From an uncultured Phycisphaerales bacterium (lineage in GTDB: Bacteria > Planctomycetota > Phycisphaerae > Tepidisphaerales > Tepidisphaeraceae), in NCBI GenBank assembly GCA_963758525.1, contig CAVWVQ010000003.1, forward strand, positions 1,760,001 to 1,824,000: a DNA stretch of 64,000 nucleotides, written 5' to 3'. The translations under genes were made by a program, and so were the position numbers. Below are positions 10,680-20,895 of this stretch, piece after piece. The notes under the pieces are model-generated. The model was not told where the DNA came from, ran no database searches, and saw only the letters and a program-made list of their open reading frames with translations. Within the stretch, counting starts at the first letter, position 1. The number at the start of each line of letters is the position of its first letter.

Positions 10680-11687
10680 TCACAGTTGAACGACGCTCGC
10701 GGTTTCGATGCTGCGCTTCTCGGCTTCCGCGATGCGCAGGCCCATGACGGCGTCGTCAGCGGTCACGCGTTGCGGGCGTCGTCCAGTTGCGACGCAGTCG
10801 AGAAAATAGCCAAGCTCTCCTATGTAGCCGTTCTGTTTCGCGGTTTCGATTGGCTCGACCTTGCCGTCGTGACAGGCCGTCAACTTCGGCTCGCGCGAGA
10901 GGTCGTACTCCACGGTCGCTTTCTCGAATTGTATCGTATAGCGCATCGTGAACGGCGTGCCGGGGCTGTTGGCCCAGCTTCCGGTTGCGGCGACGGTCGG
11001 GCCGTTGTCGTAGAGATATTGCGTGACGACGTGATCGATCTCACCGGACAGGCAGGAAAATCCCCGGCTGAAGACGCCGCGCGGCTTGCCGAAGAGGTGA
11101 GAGACAAAATCGACGTCATGCACGTGCAGATCGAGCAGCGCGCCGCCCGAGCGCGCGCCGTCACGAAACCATCCTTCCGGCCCTGAAGCGAGCCGGAAGA
11201 ATGCCGCAGAGCGAACTTTTCCGTAGCGGCCGTCGCGCACGGCCTCCGCGAGCCATTCCCACTCAGACCAGAACCGCATGCACATGGCGGGCATGAAAAA
11301 TCCCTTCGCCACGGCCGCGGCGTCGGCGATGCGCTGCGCGTCCGCGGCGGAGCGGGCCAGCGGTTTCTCGCACAGCACGTGTTTCCCGGCCGCCAGGGCG
11401 GCCAGGGCAAGCTCAGCATGATCCGGCGTCGGCGTGCAGATATCGATCACGTCGATATCGGGCCACGCCAGCAGATCCTGCCATTGCGTCGTCCCCTTGA
11501 TGCGGTCCATCGGAAGATGCTTTGAGATCCCATCGCCGAGGTTCCCCCAGACACCCGACAGATCGCCGCGGGCTCGCCGCGGATCGATGTCCGCGATCGC
11601 GAGCACTTCTGCTTCCGGCAGCTTCGCGTAGGCCTCGAAGTGGACCCGTCCCATAAATCCCATGCCGATCATTCCGATTCGAATCAT
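10680..11687 (-). CDS. Gfo/Idh/MocA oxidoreductase
   Basis: GMGFMG, ICTPTPDH, GKHVLCEKP, GGALLDLHVHD. Confidence 0.93.
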   Translation of the reverse strand: MIRIGMIGMGFMGRVHFEAYAKLPEAEVLAIADIDPRRARGDLSGVWGNLGDGISKHLPMDRIKGTTQWQDLLAWPDIDVIDICTPTPDHAELALAALAAGKHVLCEKPLARSAADAQRIADAAAVAKGFFMPAMCMRFWSEWEWLAEAVRDGRYGKVRSAAFFRLASGPEGWFRDGARSGGALLDLHVHDVDFVSHLFGKPRGVFSRGFSCLSGEIDHVVTQYLYDNGPTVAATGSWANSPGTPFTMRYTIQFEKATVEYDLSREPKLTACHDGKVEPIETAKQNGYIGELGYFLDCVATGRRPQRVTADDAVMGLRIAEAEKRSIETASVVQL

Positions 11688-11814
11688 GCGCTCTCTCCAG
11701 TTCGGCGTCGCGTCGTGTAGAATCCCCAAACTACGGACGTGCGCGACCACGCGCTTCCGAAGCTTGTTTAGTGACTGCCCGGGAGGCGGCCATTTATCGC
11801 AGGGAGTGTACCGG

Positions 11815-13950
11815 ATGTCCGCGATGCCGTTGATGGTGGCGATTCTGTGTCTGATGGCGATCGCCTATCGATATTACAGCGCGTTTCTCGCCGCCAAGGT
11901 CGCGGCGCTCGACGACGCGCACGTCACGCCGGCGGTCCTCGTCAACGACGGGCAGAACTTTCATCCGACCAACAAGTGGGTCCTCTTCGGGCATCACTTT
12001 GCCGCCATCAGCGGCGCGGGGCCGCTGATCGGCCCGGTGCTGGCGGCGCAGTTCGGGTATATGCCGGGATTGCTGTGGATTGTCATTGGCGTCTGCCTTG
12101 CCGGTGCCGTGCAGGATTTCCTGGTCCTTGCGGCAAGCATTCGCCGCGGGGGAAAATCGCTGGCGCAGATCGCCCGTGACGAAGCCGGACCGGTCGCCGG
12201 CGTGGCGGCGACCATCGCGATTCTCTTCATTCTCATCATTGCGCTGGCGGGGTTGGGAAAAGTCGTCGTCCGGGCGCTGGGCGGAGAAAATGTGAAATAT
12301 CCGCCCGGAAGCGCCCTGATTCTGCCTGACGGAACCTCCTCGCAGGAGGGAGGCTACGCCCCCGGCGACAATGAGATTCCCGCCAACACGCGCCTCTCGT
12401 GGACCGGCGGCGAAATGACCTTCCCGGAGCACTTTGTGCTTCATTCGGACAAGCCGCTGAGCGCATATACCAAAGGCCAACGCATCACGCTCCCGGCCGA
12501 CGCCTACCGCACGCAGCCGGGCAGCACATGGGGCGTCTTTACCATCGCCAGCACAATTCCCATCGCGCTGTTCGTCGGCTTCTACATGTACAAGATCCGG
12601 CCCAAGCGCGTGCTGGAAGCCTCGCTCATCGGCGCCGCCCTGACACTTTTCGCGACGTTCGCCGGCGGGTGGATCTCGCGTCAGCCGATCGCTTTTCTTT
12701 TTAACTGGAGCGACACCACCGTCGTGATTGCCATGGCAGTCTACGGCTTTGTCGCGGCAGTGCTGCCGGTCTGGGTGCTGCTGACGCCTCGTGATTACCT
12801 CAGCAGTTTTCTCAAGATCGGAACCATCGCGCTGCTCGTGCTCGGCGTGATCATCGCCAATCCAAAGCTCGAAGCCCCCGCGTTCAATCGCGTCTTCGCC
12901 GCCGGCGGCCCGACCGTCGCACGCAGCCTCTTTCCGTTCCTGTTCATCACCATCATGTGCGGCGCGATCAGCGGCTTTCATTCGCTGGTCAGCAGCGGCA
13001 CGACGCCGAAGATGATCATGAAGGAATCGCATGCGCGTATGATCGGATACGGCGCGATGCAGATGGAGGGGCTCGTGGCCGTCGTCGCGATGATCGCCGC
13101 TGCGGCATTGCCGGTTCAGGACTACTACGCGATGAACACCGATCTGTCGCAGGTGCCCAAGTATCACGAGCGAATCGTGCTGATCTCCGGCAACGGGATC
13201 GAGCACGTGCAGGAGTACGAAGTGCTCACGCGCGAGTCGCTCCGCGGCCGAACCGGCGGCGCCGTCACGCTCGCTGTCGGCATGGCCCACATCTTCGACG
13301 GCGCGGCCGGGCGAATCTGGACCGGCGGCTCCAAGGCGCTCGAGACCATGTGGAAATACTGGTACCACTTTGCCGTCATGTTCGAGGCGCTGTTTATCCT
13401 CACCACCATCGACGCGGGAACGCGGATCGGCAGGTTTCTCCTTCAGGAGGTGGCGGGCCGGGTTCACCCCTCGCTGGGCAAAACCGACTGGCTTCCCGGC
13501 GCGCTTGTCAGCACGTTGGTGATCGTTATCGGCTGGGCCTACTTCATCAATGCCAACAGCATGGAAGCGATCTGGCCGATGTTCGGCATCGCCAATCAGA
13601 TGCTGGCCGTCATCGCCCTGGCGGTCGTCAGCGTCTGCCTCGCCAATGATGGGAAAGTTCGCTATCTGTGGGTATCGGCCCTGCCGATGCTCGCGGTCGC
13701 CACGACCACCAGCACCGCATCGGCGCAAATGCTTCTGGGCCTGCTGGACGGAATTCACACACAGCTTCAGAACGCCCCCGCGGTCCGGAATCAAAAGGCC
13801 ATGTTCAACAACAGCTTTCAGGCGGCTCTGATCGCCATCATGCTTCTCTGCACCGCGATCATCGTCATCTGCAGCGCTCGGGCGATCTGGAAAAGACTTT
13901 CCATCGCTGAGCGCACTTTCACCCCTTCTCTGGCGGTAGAGTCCATATGA
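11815..13950 (+). CDS. cstA: Carbon starvation protein A (peptide/pyruvate transporter)
   Basis: LFGHHFAAISGAGPLIGPVLAAQFGY, PRDYLS, CGAISGFHSL, RTGGAVTLAVGMA, IWPMFGIANQ. Confidence 0.93.
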   Translation: MSAMPLMVAILCLMAIAYRYYSAFLAAKVAALDDAHVTPAVLVNDGQNFHPTNKWVLFGHHFAAISGAGPLIGPVLAAQFGYMPGLLWIVIGVCLAGAVQDFLVLAASIRRGGKSLAQIARDEAGPVAGVAATIAILFILIIALAGLGKVVVRALGGENVKYPPGSALILPDGTSSQEGGYAPGDNEIPANTRLSWTGGEMTFPEHFVLHSDKPLSAYTKGQRITLPADAYRTQPGSTWGVFTIASTIPIALFVGFYMYKIRPKRVLEASLIGAALTLFATFAGGWISRQPIAFLFNWSDTTVVIAMAVYGFVAAVLPVWVLLTPRDYLSSFLKIGTIALLVLGVIIANPKLEAPAFNRVFAAGGPTVARSLFPFLFITIMCGAISGFHSLVSSGTTPKMIMKESHARMIGYGAMQMEGLVAVVAMIAAAALPVQDYYAMNTDLSQVPKYHERIVLISGNGIEHVQEYEVLTRESLRGRTGGAVTLAVGMAHIFDGAAGRIWTGGSKALETMWKYWYHFAVMFEALFILTTIDAGTRIGRFLLQEVAGRVHPSLGKTDWLPGALVSTLVIVIGWAYFINANSMEAIWPMFGIANQMLAVIALAVVSVCLANDGKVRYLWVSALPMLAVATTTSTASAQMLLGLLDGIHTQLQNAPAVRNQKAMFNNSFQAALIAIMLLCTAIIVICSARAIWKRLSIAERTFTPSLAVESI

Positions 13951-14924
13951 CCGATCTGGCAATCATCGGCGCGGGCCCGACCGGGCTTTTCGCCACCTAT
14001 TACGCGGGCCTCCGGCAGATGTCCGTCAAGCTCATCGATTCCCTGGAGATCGCCGGCGGACAGCTCACCACGCTCTACCCCGAAAAATACATCTACGACG
14101 TCGCCGGGTTCCCCAAGATTCTCGCCAAGGACCTCGCCGCCGGCCTGCTCGAGCAGGCGATGTTCTACAAGCCGGGAATCTGCCTCGGGGAGCACGTTCA
14201 GGAATTGCGCTTTGACGAAGCCGCCGATCATTATCACCTGGTCACCTCGCGCGACACGCACCCCGTGCGGGCGGTCATCATCGCCGGCGGCATCGGCGCA
14301 TTCGAAGCCAAGACGCTGGCGCTTCCAAACGCGAAACAGTTTGAAGGACGCGGGCTGCACTACTTCGTCAAAAATGTTTCGTCATTCGCCGGCAAGCGCG
14401 TGCTGATCGTCGGCGGCGGAGACAGCGCCTTCGATTGGGGCAACGCGATTGCGCCGATCGCCGCCAAGCTGACGCTCATTCATCGCCGCGATCAGTTTCG
14501 CGCTCACGAGCAGAGCGTCGTCGATTTGAAGCAAAAGCCGGTGGACATCAAGACGTTTCGAGAACTGAAGAGCATCGACGGCAACGGGAAGATCGAACGG
14601 GCCGTCATCGTCGACAATCGCACGCACATCGAGGAATCGCTCGATGTCGATGCCGTGCTCGTCAACATCGGCTTCGTCAGCTCCTTAGGCCCGATCAAGA
14701 ATTGGGATCTGCAACTCGAAGGCGGCCAAATCAAGGTCGACAGCATGATGCACACCAATCGCCCCCGCGTTTTCGCCGCCGGCGACATCTGCACTTACTC
14801 CGGCAAACTAAAGCTCATCGCCACCGGCTTCGGCGAAGCCTGCATTGCGGTGAACTTTGCAAAGCATGCCCTGGATCCCAGTGCTCATATCTTCCCAGGG
14901 CACAGTTCGGCAATTGAGAGATGA
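13947..14924 (+). CDS. Thioredoxin-reductase-like ferredoxin-NADP+ reductase (YumC type)
   Basis: GAGPTG, GGQLTTLYPEKYIYDVAGFP, GGGDSAFDW, no CxxC, C-terminal PGHSS. Confidence 0.9.
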   Translation: MTDLAIIGAGPTGLFATYYAGLRQMSVKLIDSLEIAGGQLTTLYPEKYIYDVAGFPKILAKDLAAGLLEQAMFYKPGICLGEHVQELRFDEAADHYHLVTSRDTHPVRAVIIAGGIGAFEAKTLALPNAKQFEGRGLHYFVKNVSSFAGKRVLIVGGGDSAFDWGNAIAPIAAKLTLIHRRDQFRAHEQSVVDLKQKPVDIKTFRELKSIDGNGKIERAVIVDNRTHIEESLDVDAVLVNIGFVSSLGPIKNWDLQLEGGQIKVDSMMHTNRPRVFAAGDICTYSGKLKLIATGFGEACIAVNFAKHALDPSAHIFPGHSSAIER

Positions 14925-14978
14925 CGGGGGCGTAGAAGTCAGAAGCCATGGCAATTAAGCATTGCGAGACAATCACTG

Positions 14979-15007
14979 TTGACTCGCCGGGCAGTTATGC
15001 CGATAGT
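14979..15007 (+). promoter_or_regulatory. Sigma70-type promoter for the abi leader RNA and gene
   Basis: TTGACT (14979-14984), 17 bp, GATAGT (15002-15007). Confidence 0.55.
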
Positions 15008-15013
15008 CAAATC

Positions 15014-15072
15014 AGCAAACCCGCCGGGCCTCTGCTGCAAAGCATGCTCACTTCGGCGGGTCTTTCTATTTG
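15014..15072 (+). ncRNA. Structured RNA upstream of Abi_2 gene (abiF-RNA-like, candidate antitoxin)
   Basis: Stem ACCCGCCG (15019-26)/CGGCGGGT (15054-61), inner TGC..GCA hairpin, U-rich tail; lies between promoter and abi start. Confidence 0.55.
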
Positions 15073-15090
15073 CGGGGCACGGGGGAGCTT

Positions 15091-16039
15091 ATGAAATACA
15101 CAAAGCCACCGCTGACTTTTGAACAGCAAGCCGACCTGCTTTCGTCGCGCGGCATGACTGGCGACCGCGCTCAAATTGTCGACCGGCTCGCGGTTGTGAA
15201 TTACTATCGGCTCAGTGGGTATTGGCACACGTTCCGCCAGCTGCCTGAACAGACATTTAAACCCAACACATCGTTCGAGAAGGTCTGGGAAAGGTACGCG
15301 TTCGATCGTCGACTTCGGTTCCTTGTGATGGATGCTGTCGAACGTGTGGAAGTGGCGTTGCGCCAGCCTCGCTTATCAATATGCGCACCATCACAAGGGC
15401 CCGTTCGCGTACGCGGATGATCCTTCTGCGCTGCCAGCTCTCCGGGCCGACGATCGAAACCGATTCCTCGCATCGCTGGCCGATGAAATGCACAACAGCA
15501 AGGAGACGTTCGCCGAACACTTCCGCACGAAGTACGGCAAGGACCATGCATACATGCCCATCTGGATGGCGACGGAAGTCATGACGTTCGGTCATGTTCT
15601 GACTCTCTATCGAGGATCTCCGCAGAATATCAAACGCGCAATTGCGGCGCCCCTTAAGGTCCACGACACGGTGGTCAATTCCTGGCTTCTGATGCTCAAT
15701 ACCATCCGGAACATCTGTGCGCATCACGGGCGTCTTTGGAATCGAAGCCTCGGTGTTCGTCCCATGATTCCCGTCGCCAAGAACGACGCGCGGTGGCACA
15801 CGCCGGTCGCCGTTCGCAACGATCGAATTTTTGGTGTGCTGACAATCCTGAAACACTGCGTTGATTGCGTCGCACCGCAAAGCCAGTGGCCCCAGCGCCT
15901 TCTCGCGCTGCTCGACGAGTACCCATACATTCCCCGCGGCAGCATGGGCTTCCCGAGCGAGTGGAAGAAATGCCCGATTTGGACCTCCGCCTTCCCAGCG
16001 GAGAATACGAACGCCGACACCAGCGGGGGAGCGTCATGA
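15091..16039 (+). CDS. Abi_2 family (AbiD/AbiF-like) HEPN protein, frameshift near 15362
   Basis: KPPLTFEQQ..L..RGM, NYYRLSGY, Y.FDRRLR, PIWMATEVMTFG, HEPN motif RNICAH-HGRLWN. Confidence 0.88.
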
Positions 16040-16102
16040 TCTGGCAAAGATCCAGGCGACAATTCGGTTTTGTTTGCCACACAAATCTCACGGGGATGGG
16101 AT

Positions 16103-16690
16103 ATGGCAATTGAGACAGCCTATTACTTCATCCGGGCTAACGGCGGAACGTTTCACGCGAACCCCAAGAACTCGAAGTGCTACGTCCAAGGCGAGCCGGA
16201 CGTAGGACCGAAAGGATATATCAATCATGTTCCGTATTGCCTCGCGCAAGGGATCGCACGGATCGGCTGGCCGGATACCGGAGACATGAGCCGCGACTCC
16301 AAAATCGGGGCACTCAAATCCTGCTATGACCTGGCCTCGCTCAAGCCATACATTCAGCGCTACCTGAACCAGTTCCGCGACATCGAGATCGGCAGCGTCG
16401 TCATCATGCCGGACAAGGACAAGTCCGACCGACTATACATGGGCGACGTTACCGGCGGCTATCACTACTTCCATCGCCTGCCGCAGCACACGTACGAGAA
16501 TGCGCATCGTGTGGCCGTGCGTTGGGATCGGCGCGGTGGCGCTTTCGCGCAATACTCGGCGAGTACCATTGGCCTCAACATCCACGGTGGATTCTTCAGG
16601 CTCGCGTTCCATCGGATTGACGTGACGCAGACGCACAAGCTAATTGACGGCATCAACGCCGCGGGCAGAGAACTGGAAAATGACGGGTGA
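16103..16690 (+). CDS. Hypothetical protein with EVE/PUA-like pattern seen in Mrr/McrB N-terminal domains
   Basis: RIGW...F..IEIGSVVIMP...MGDVTGGYHY...HRVAVRW. Confidence 0.5.
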   Translation: MAIETAYYFIRANGGTFHANPKNSKCYVQGEPDVGPKGYINHVPYCLAQGIARIGWPDTGDMSRDSKIGALKSCYDLASLKPYIQRYLNQFRDIEIGSVVIMPDKDKSDRLYMGDVTGGYHYFHRLPQHTYENAHRVAVRWDRRGGAFAQYSASTIGLNIHGGFFRLAFHRIDVTQTHKLIDGINAAGRELENDG

Positions 16691-16885
16691 CTGTCCTGCT
16701 TCGAGAAACCGGGGGAGGATTAGTGGTAGCTGTTCAGAACGCGCTGGCGCTTCTTGGATTCAAATCCGTTATCGACATGGATGACGTAATGAAGAAAGCA
16801 GGAAAGGATGCCTCGCTGCGCGAGGATTTGCGTATTCGTGAGCGGTCGTCGGTGCTCGTCATGGACATCAAGGGTGTTGCCGAAA
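16687..16885 (+). pseudogene. Fragment of a PD-(D/E)xK nuclease-like gene
   Basis: LLRETG..LV.AV..AL.LLGF...REDL.I....LVMDIKG, then runs abruptly into antisense vapC sequence. Confidence 0.4.
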
Positions 16886-17048
16886 AGCCCTCGGCGTCCG
16901 TGGCGTTTCGAAGAATCTCGAATACGATCGGTTCGGCCAAGCAAGCTTGCGCGTCTGAGACGAAAGTTGAAATCAATGTTTTCAGGACCCGCGGAGAACG
17001 TGTCCGGGTCAGGCCGATCCAGAGATTTGTGTCGAGCAGCTTCGCCAT
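16886..17048 (-). pseudogene. vapC: Truncated VapC (PIN) toxin
   Basis: MAKLLDTNLWI...EPIVFEILR; similarity ends after about 54 aa. Confidence 0.7.
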
Positions 17049-17344
17049 TCACTTTCGCCAGGCTTTTGCCCCCCCGCCGCCGATTGTCGATCCGCCTCTT
17101 GCGCCGCCTCATAGCCGCTCAACTCCACGCCCCACTCGCCGGAAATAAATTTTCGCGTGAGTTCGGCCCGGCGTCTTAGCGTTGCCTTGCCGGCCTTCAC
17201 AGCGGTGACCGACCCTGGCGCCGTCGCGCTCAGTCCCTTGCGGAGCAATTCCGCCATTGCGTCCTTGAGCTTCTTCCCCTCGTTGACTGCGTGAAGTTTG
17301 ATCTCTTTCACCAGATCGTCCGGCAAATCCAAGGTGGTCTTCAT
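17009..17344 (-). CDS. vapB: VapB-like RHH antitoxin
   Basis: MKTTLDLPDDLVKEIKLHAV.EGKKLKD...ELLRKGL directly upstream of the PIN gene. Confidence 0.75.
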   Translation of the reverse strand: MKTTLDLPDDLVKEIKLHAVNEGKKLKDAMAELLRKGLSATAPGSVTAVKAGKATLRRRAELTRKFISGEWGVELSGYEAAQEADRQSAAGGQKPGESEWRSCSTQISGSA

Positions 17345-17971
17345 CCGCCCATTTTGTTGATTTTCCCGGCTTTTTGTCAAATTAAGACGCTTGATGGCTT
17401 TGTGATCCGCAACTGTGACGCCGGACCACTCCTGATGGATGATGTTGGTGAGGATGGCGAATTCCTCCCCCTCCTTGATCTCGTGACCGGCCCAGTAATC
17501 GGTGAGCTTATTGCGGGTTTCCTGCCCGGTCATGCGCTGCTGAATCCACTTCGCGCTGCGACCCTGTTTCTGCCAGGTTTCGCGGGCGCGATCGAGTGCC
17601 TGGGCGGGATCAGACATTTCCTGCATGCGTTCATATCCCACCTTCGCGAGCCAGAGCTTGATCGGCTCGGCCTTGGGACTAGGAACGCTTTGGACGAGCC
17701 GCAGGAGGGTTTCAGCAGAAGCGACATCCGTGAGCCGCATTTTCCCGTCGTCAGCGGGAAGTTTGAACTGGTAACAGTTTGTTACCAGTTGACTGCCTTC
17801 CTTCGCCAACCGACCTTTCAGTACCTTCCAGTATTTTCTGGCCGCCTGGAAATCAGGTTGCTGAGTTAGCACCTGGATGATGTCCACAACCGAGAAAAGC
17901 CAGGCTTGAGTCTTCTCATCGTAGAGCCGTCGTATATTCTGGTTTTCAAACTGAACGGGCAGATTCTTCAT
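17345..17971 (-). pseudogene. Bro-N domain protein, C-terminally truncated and reading in frame into vapB
   Basis: FENQNIRR.YDE....WLFSVVDII, RKYWKVLK.RL, SVPSPKAEPIKLWLAKVGYER; GGAG RBS. Confidence 0.78.
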
Positions 17972-18282
17972 TAGAACTCCCTGATCTTTGACAGCGCTTC
18001 CGCGCGCTGGGCGTCGAGAGTAGCGATCTCGTCCATGACTCCCCTGCGGCGTGCGGCGAGCGACCTCCTCGTTGCCGTTGGGGTTATTCGCGGACAGGTG
18101 GAAGGTGGTCGATTCTTCGAGCGTCTTCACGTCAGCTGCCCATGAGTCGGGCGAGTCCTTTTCTCCGGCGCAAGAGTCAGAAACGCCGCGGAGTCGTGTT
18201 TATTGCAACTGGTGGGCTCGCCCACCGTGTCCGTTTGCGGACGCACGGAAACGGCGGGTAAGGTGCGCCGGCTAAACGCCCG

Positions 18283-19993
18283 TCAATTCTCCTGCGGCGC
18301 CAGCGGCGTTTGCACTGCCAGATCCAATGCCTTGGCGACCCTTCCAATCACTTCATCCCAGTCCCCCGCCTTTTGCTGGCGGAACAGTCGCATCGTCGGA
18401 TACCACGGCGTGTCCTCGCGCTCCAGCAGCCAGCGATAGTCGGGACGAAACGGAAGCATCACCCACACCGGCTTTCCCATCGCGCCGGCCAGGTGGGCGA
18501 TGGAAGTATCGACGCAGATCACCAGATCCAGTTGAGACACCAGGCCGGCCGTATCGGCAAAATCGCTGATGTGGCCGGTGAGATCGGCCAGTTTCATCCC
18601 TGCTGGGGGGGTTGCCGTCTGCTCGGAGCCGCACCCAGTTGCAGACTGAAAAACTGCACGTCGGGCCGCGACAGCGGAGCCAGCATTTCAAGGCTGACGG
18701 ACCGGGCACGATCATCCACGTGCACGGCCGAGCCCACCCACGTCAGCCCCACCTTCAACTGCTTCCCGCTGGCTGACACCAGCCCGCGCCAATGTTCCTC
18801 CGACTGCGGATCGGCGTGCAGATAAGGCACCGGCGAAGGAATCTTCGCGGGATCGCCCATTCCCAACGCCATCGGAAGCGAGAGCAGCGGGAGATGAACG
18901 TCAAATGCGACCGGCGGCGGCGCGCCCTGCTCGTCCTGCACCACCACCGATTCGGCGCCGAGATCCGTTTCGTTTTGAAACAGCCGCAACAGCGCCGGCT
19001 TGACCTCGATCACCACGCGCCCGCCCCGCCGCTGCACGTGTGGCGCAAAGCGCACAAACTGGATCGCGTCGCCCAACCCCTGCTCGCCGTGCAGCAGAAT
19101 CGTCAGGCCGTTCAGCTGCGCCCCGTTCCATTGCGGCTGGGAGAAATTGCGGGGGACGCTGGGAAAATTTGGCTTGCGCAGCGCCACTCGTGCTCTCGCC
19201 AGCCTTCGTCGAACTGCCCGATCGTCAGCAGCGCCATCGACAGATTCGAATGCGCTTCGGCGTAATCCGGCCGCAGCGCGATCGCCCGGCGGTAACACGC
19301 GATTCCTTCCTCAAAGCGATTCTGATTCACCAGCGCGTTGCCGAGGTTCAGATGCGGCTCAGGGTAATTCGGATCGGCGGCGATCGCCCGCCGGCAATAT
19401 TCCGCGGATTCTTCGGCCTGACCGGCTTCGCGCAGCACATCGCCGAGATTGTTGAACAGCGCCGCGGAGTTAGGCTCCAGCTCGAGCCCGCGCCGGTAGA
19501 CGTCGATCGCTTCATCGGTGCGTCCCAGCATTTTCAGGGCCGCGCCGAGGTTGAGGTAGGGAAGCGTGAAATCCGGCCGCAGCGCCAGCGCCCGCCGGTA
19601 ACAATCCGCCGCCTCCTCAAATTCACCTTTCACGTGAAACGCGTAGCCGAGGTTGTAGTGTGCTTCAGGAAGATTCGGCTGCAGCGCCAGCGCCTGCCGC
19701 GAACATTCCATCGCCTCATCCCATTTTGCATGGCTCTGCAGCACCAGGGCGAGATTGCCATACGCAATCGCATTATTGGGCTGCAGCGCAATCACTCGGC
19801 GGAGCAGCGCCGCGGCGTCGGGATGACGAACCTGATGGGCGATCAACCCGAGCAGGTGCAGCGCATCAGCCTGGTTTGGATCCTGACCGAGCAACTGCCG
19901 GCAGATCGCCTCCGACTGCTGGAGCTGGCCCGCCTGGTAGTGGGTCAGCGCAATCTGAATAGCCTGTTCAAAGGTAACTTGCGTCGTGGTCAT
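18283..19993 (-). CDS. TPR-repeat protein with GT9-like C-terminal domain, two frameshifts (~19175, ~18600)
   Basis: Many A..NLG TPRs; EQGLGDAIQFVRF; DFADTA.LV.QLDLVICVDTSIAHLAGAMG; DTPWYPTMRLFRQ. Confidence 0.88.
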
Positions 19994-20263
19994 AAGAAGC
20001 AGTTCATTTTCTCGTACAATTTCGGCACAATTGCGGAGAGATGTTCCCCTTTTTCGAACCGGATCAGAGCATCTCCAACCATAATACGCGCTGACGGGCG
20101 GACAGCCTAGATGCTGCGGCGTTTACGTCGTGCATGGGTGCCTGAGACTTTCCCCGGGGCGGATCTATCCCAGCCGCTCACGTCCAGCAACCTGCGCGCC
20201 TTACAATCATTATTACCGGCAACCGGGCAAAGAGTCCTCTAAGAAAAGAGTTGTTTCTTCGTC

Positions 20264-20875
20264 ATGCCTGCAGGGAGCGACAATTTCGCGGGAGAGCGAA
20301 TGGGCGATCGCAGCGCAGGCAGCGACGTGGAGTGGATCCGCGCGGCGGTCCGCGACTACGAGCGCAAGCTCATCGCCTATGCCGCGCACCTCGTCGGGAA
20401 TCGCGAGCGCGGACGCGATATTGCTCAGGAAGCGTTCGTACGACTCTGCGGCCAGGACCGCGCGCAGATCGAGCCGCGATTGGCGGAGTGGCTTTTCACC
20501 GTCTGTCGCAACCTCTGTATTGATGTGCGCCGCAAGGAACGCCGGATGAAACCGCTGGCCCAGGAACAAGCGGAGTTACGCCTCAGCCCTGCAGCCGACC
20601 CCTGCGCAGCTCTCGAACACGAGGAAGCCGTTGCCGGCGCGCTGGCCGCGCTACAGACATTGACGGCCAATCAGCAGGAAGTGATCCGATTGAAGTTTCA
20701 ACACGGACTTTCATACAAGGAGATTGCACAGGTAACCGCGCTGAGTGTGACCAACGTCGGTTTCCTGATGCACACCGGATTGAAGATTCTGCGCAGCAGG
20801 CTGCAGGACGCGGGACAAGCCAACGCGGTTACGAAAAGGCTGGTGCCGTCGGCGGGCAACTCTGCTGAAGATTAA
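20264..20875 (+). CDS. ECF RNA polymerase sigma factor
   Basis: DIAQEAFVRL, WLFTVCRNLCID..R, QQEVIRLKFQHGLSYKEIA. Confidence 0.92.
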   Translation: MPAGSDNFAGERMGDRSAGSDVEWIRAAVRDYERKLIAYAAHLVGNRERGRDIAQEAFVRLCGQDRAQIEPRLAEWLFTVCRNLCIDVRRKERRMKPLAQEQAELRLSPAADPCAALEHEEAVAGALAALQTLTANQQEVIRLKFQHGLSYKEIAQVTALSVTNVGFLMHTGLKILRSRLQDAGQANAVTKRLVPSAGNSAED

Positions 20876-20895
20876 TTGAGGGTTCGCACTTTGGA

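Noticed and set aside
11794..13962. 722-aa minus-strand ORF, and similar long ORFs at 40093-42177, 45163-46944, 46752-48536 and 52661-54706
   Set aside because: Antisense shadows of clear genes, expected from high-GC codon bias; no motifs
14996..15007. TATGCC in the abi promoter as a second mini-array target
   Set aside because: Only 6 nt match with no extension; TATGCCA also occurs by chance inside cas7 and csb2
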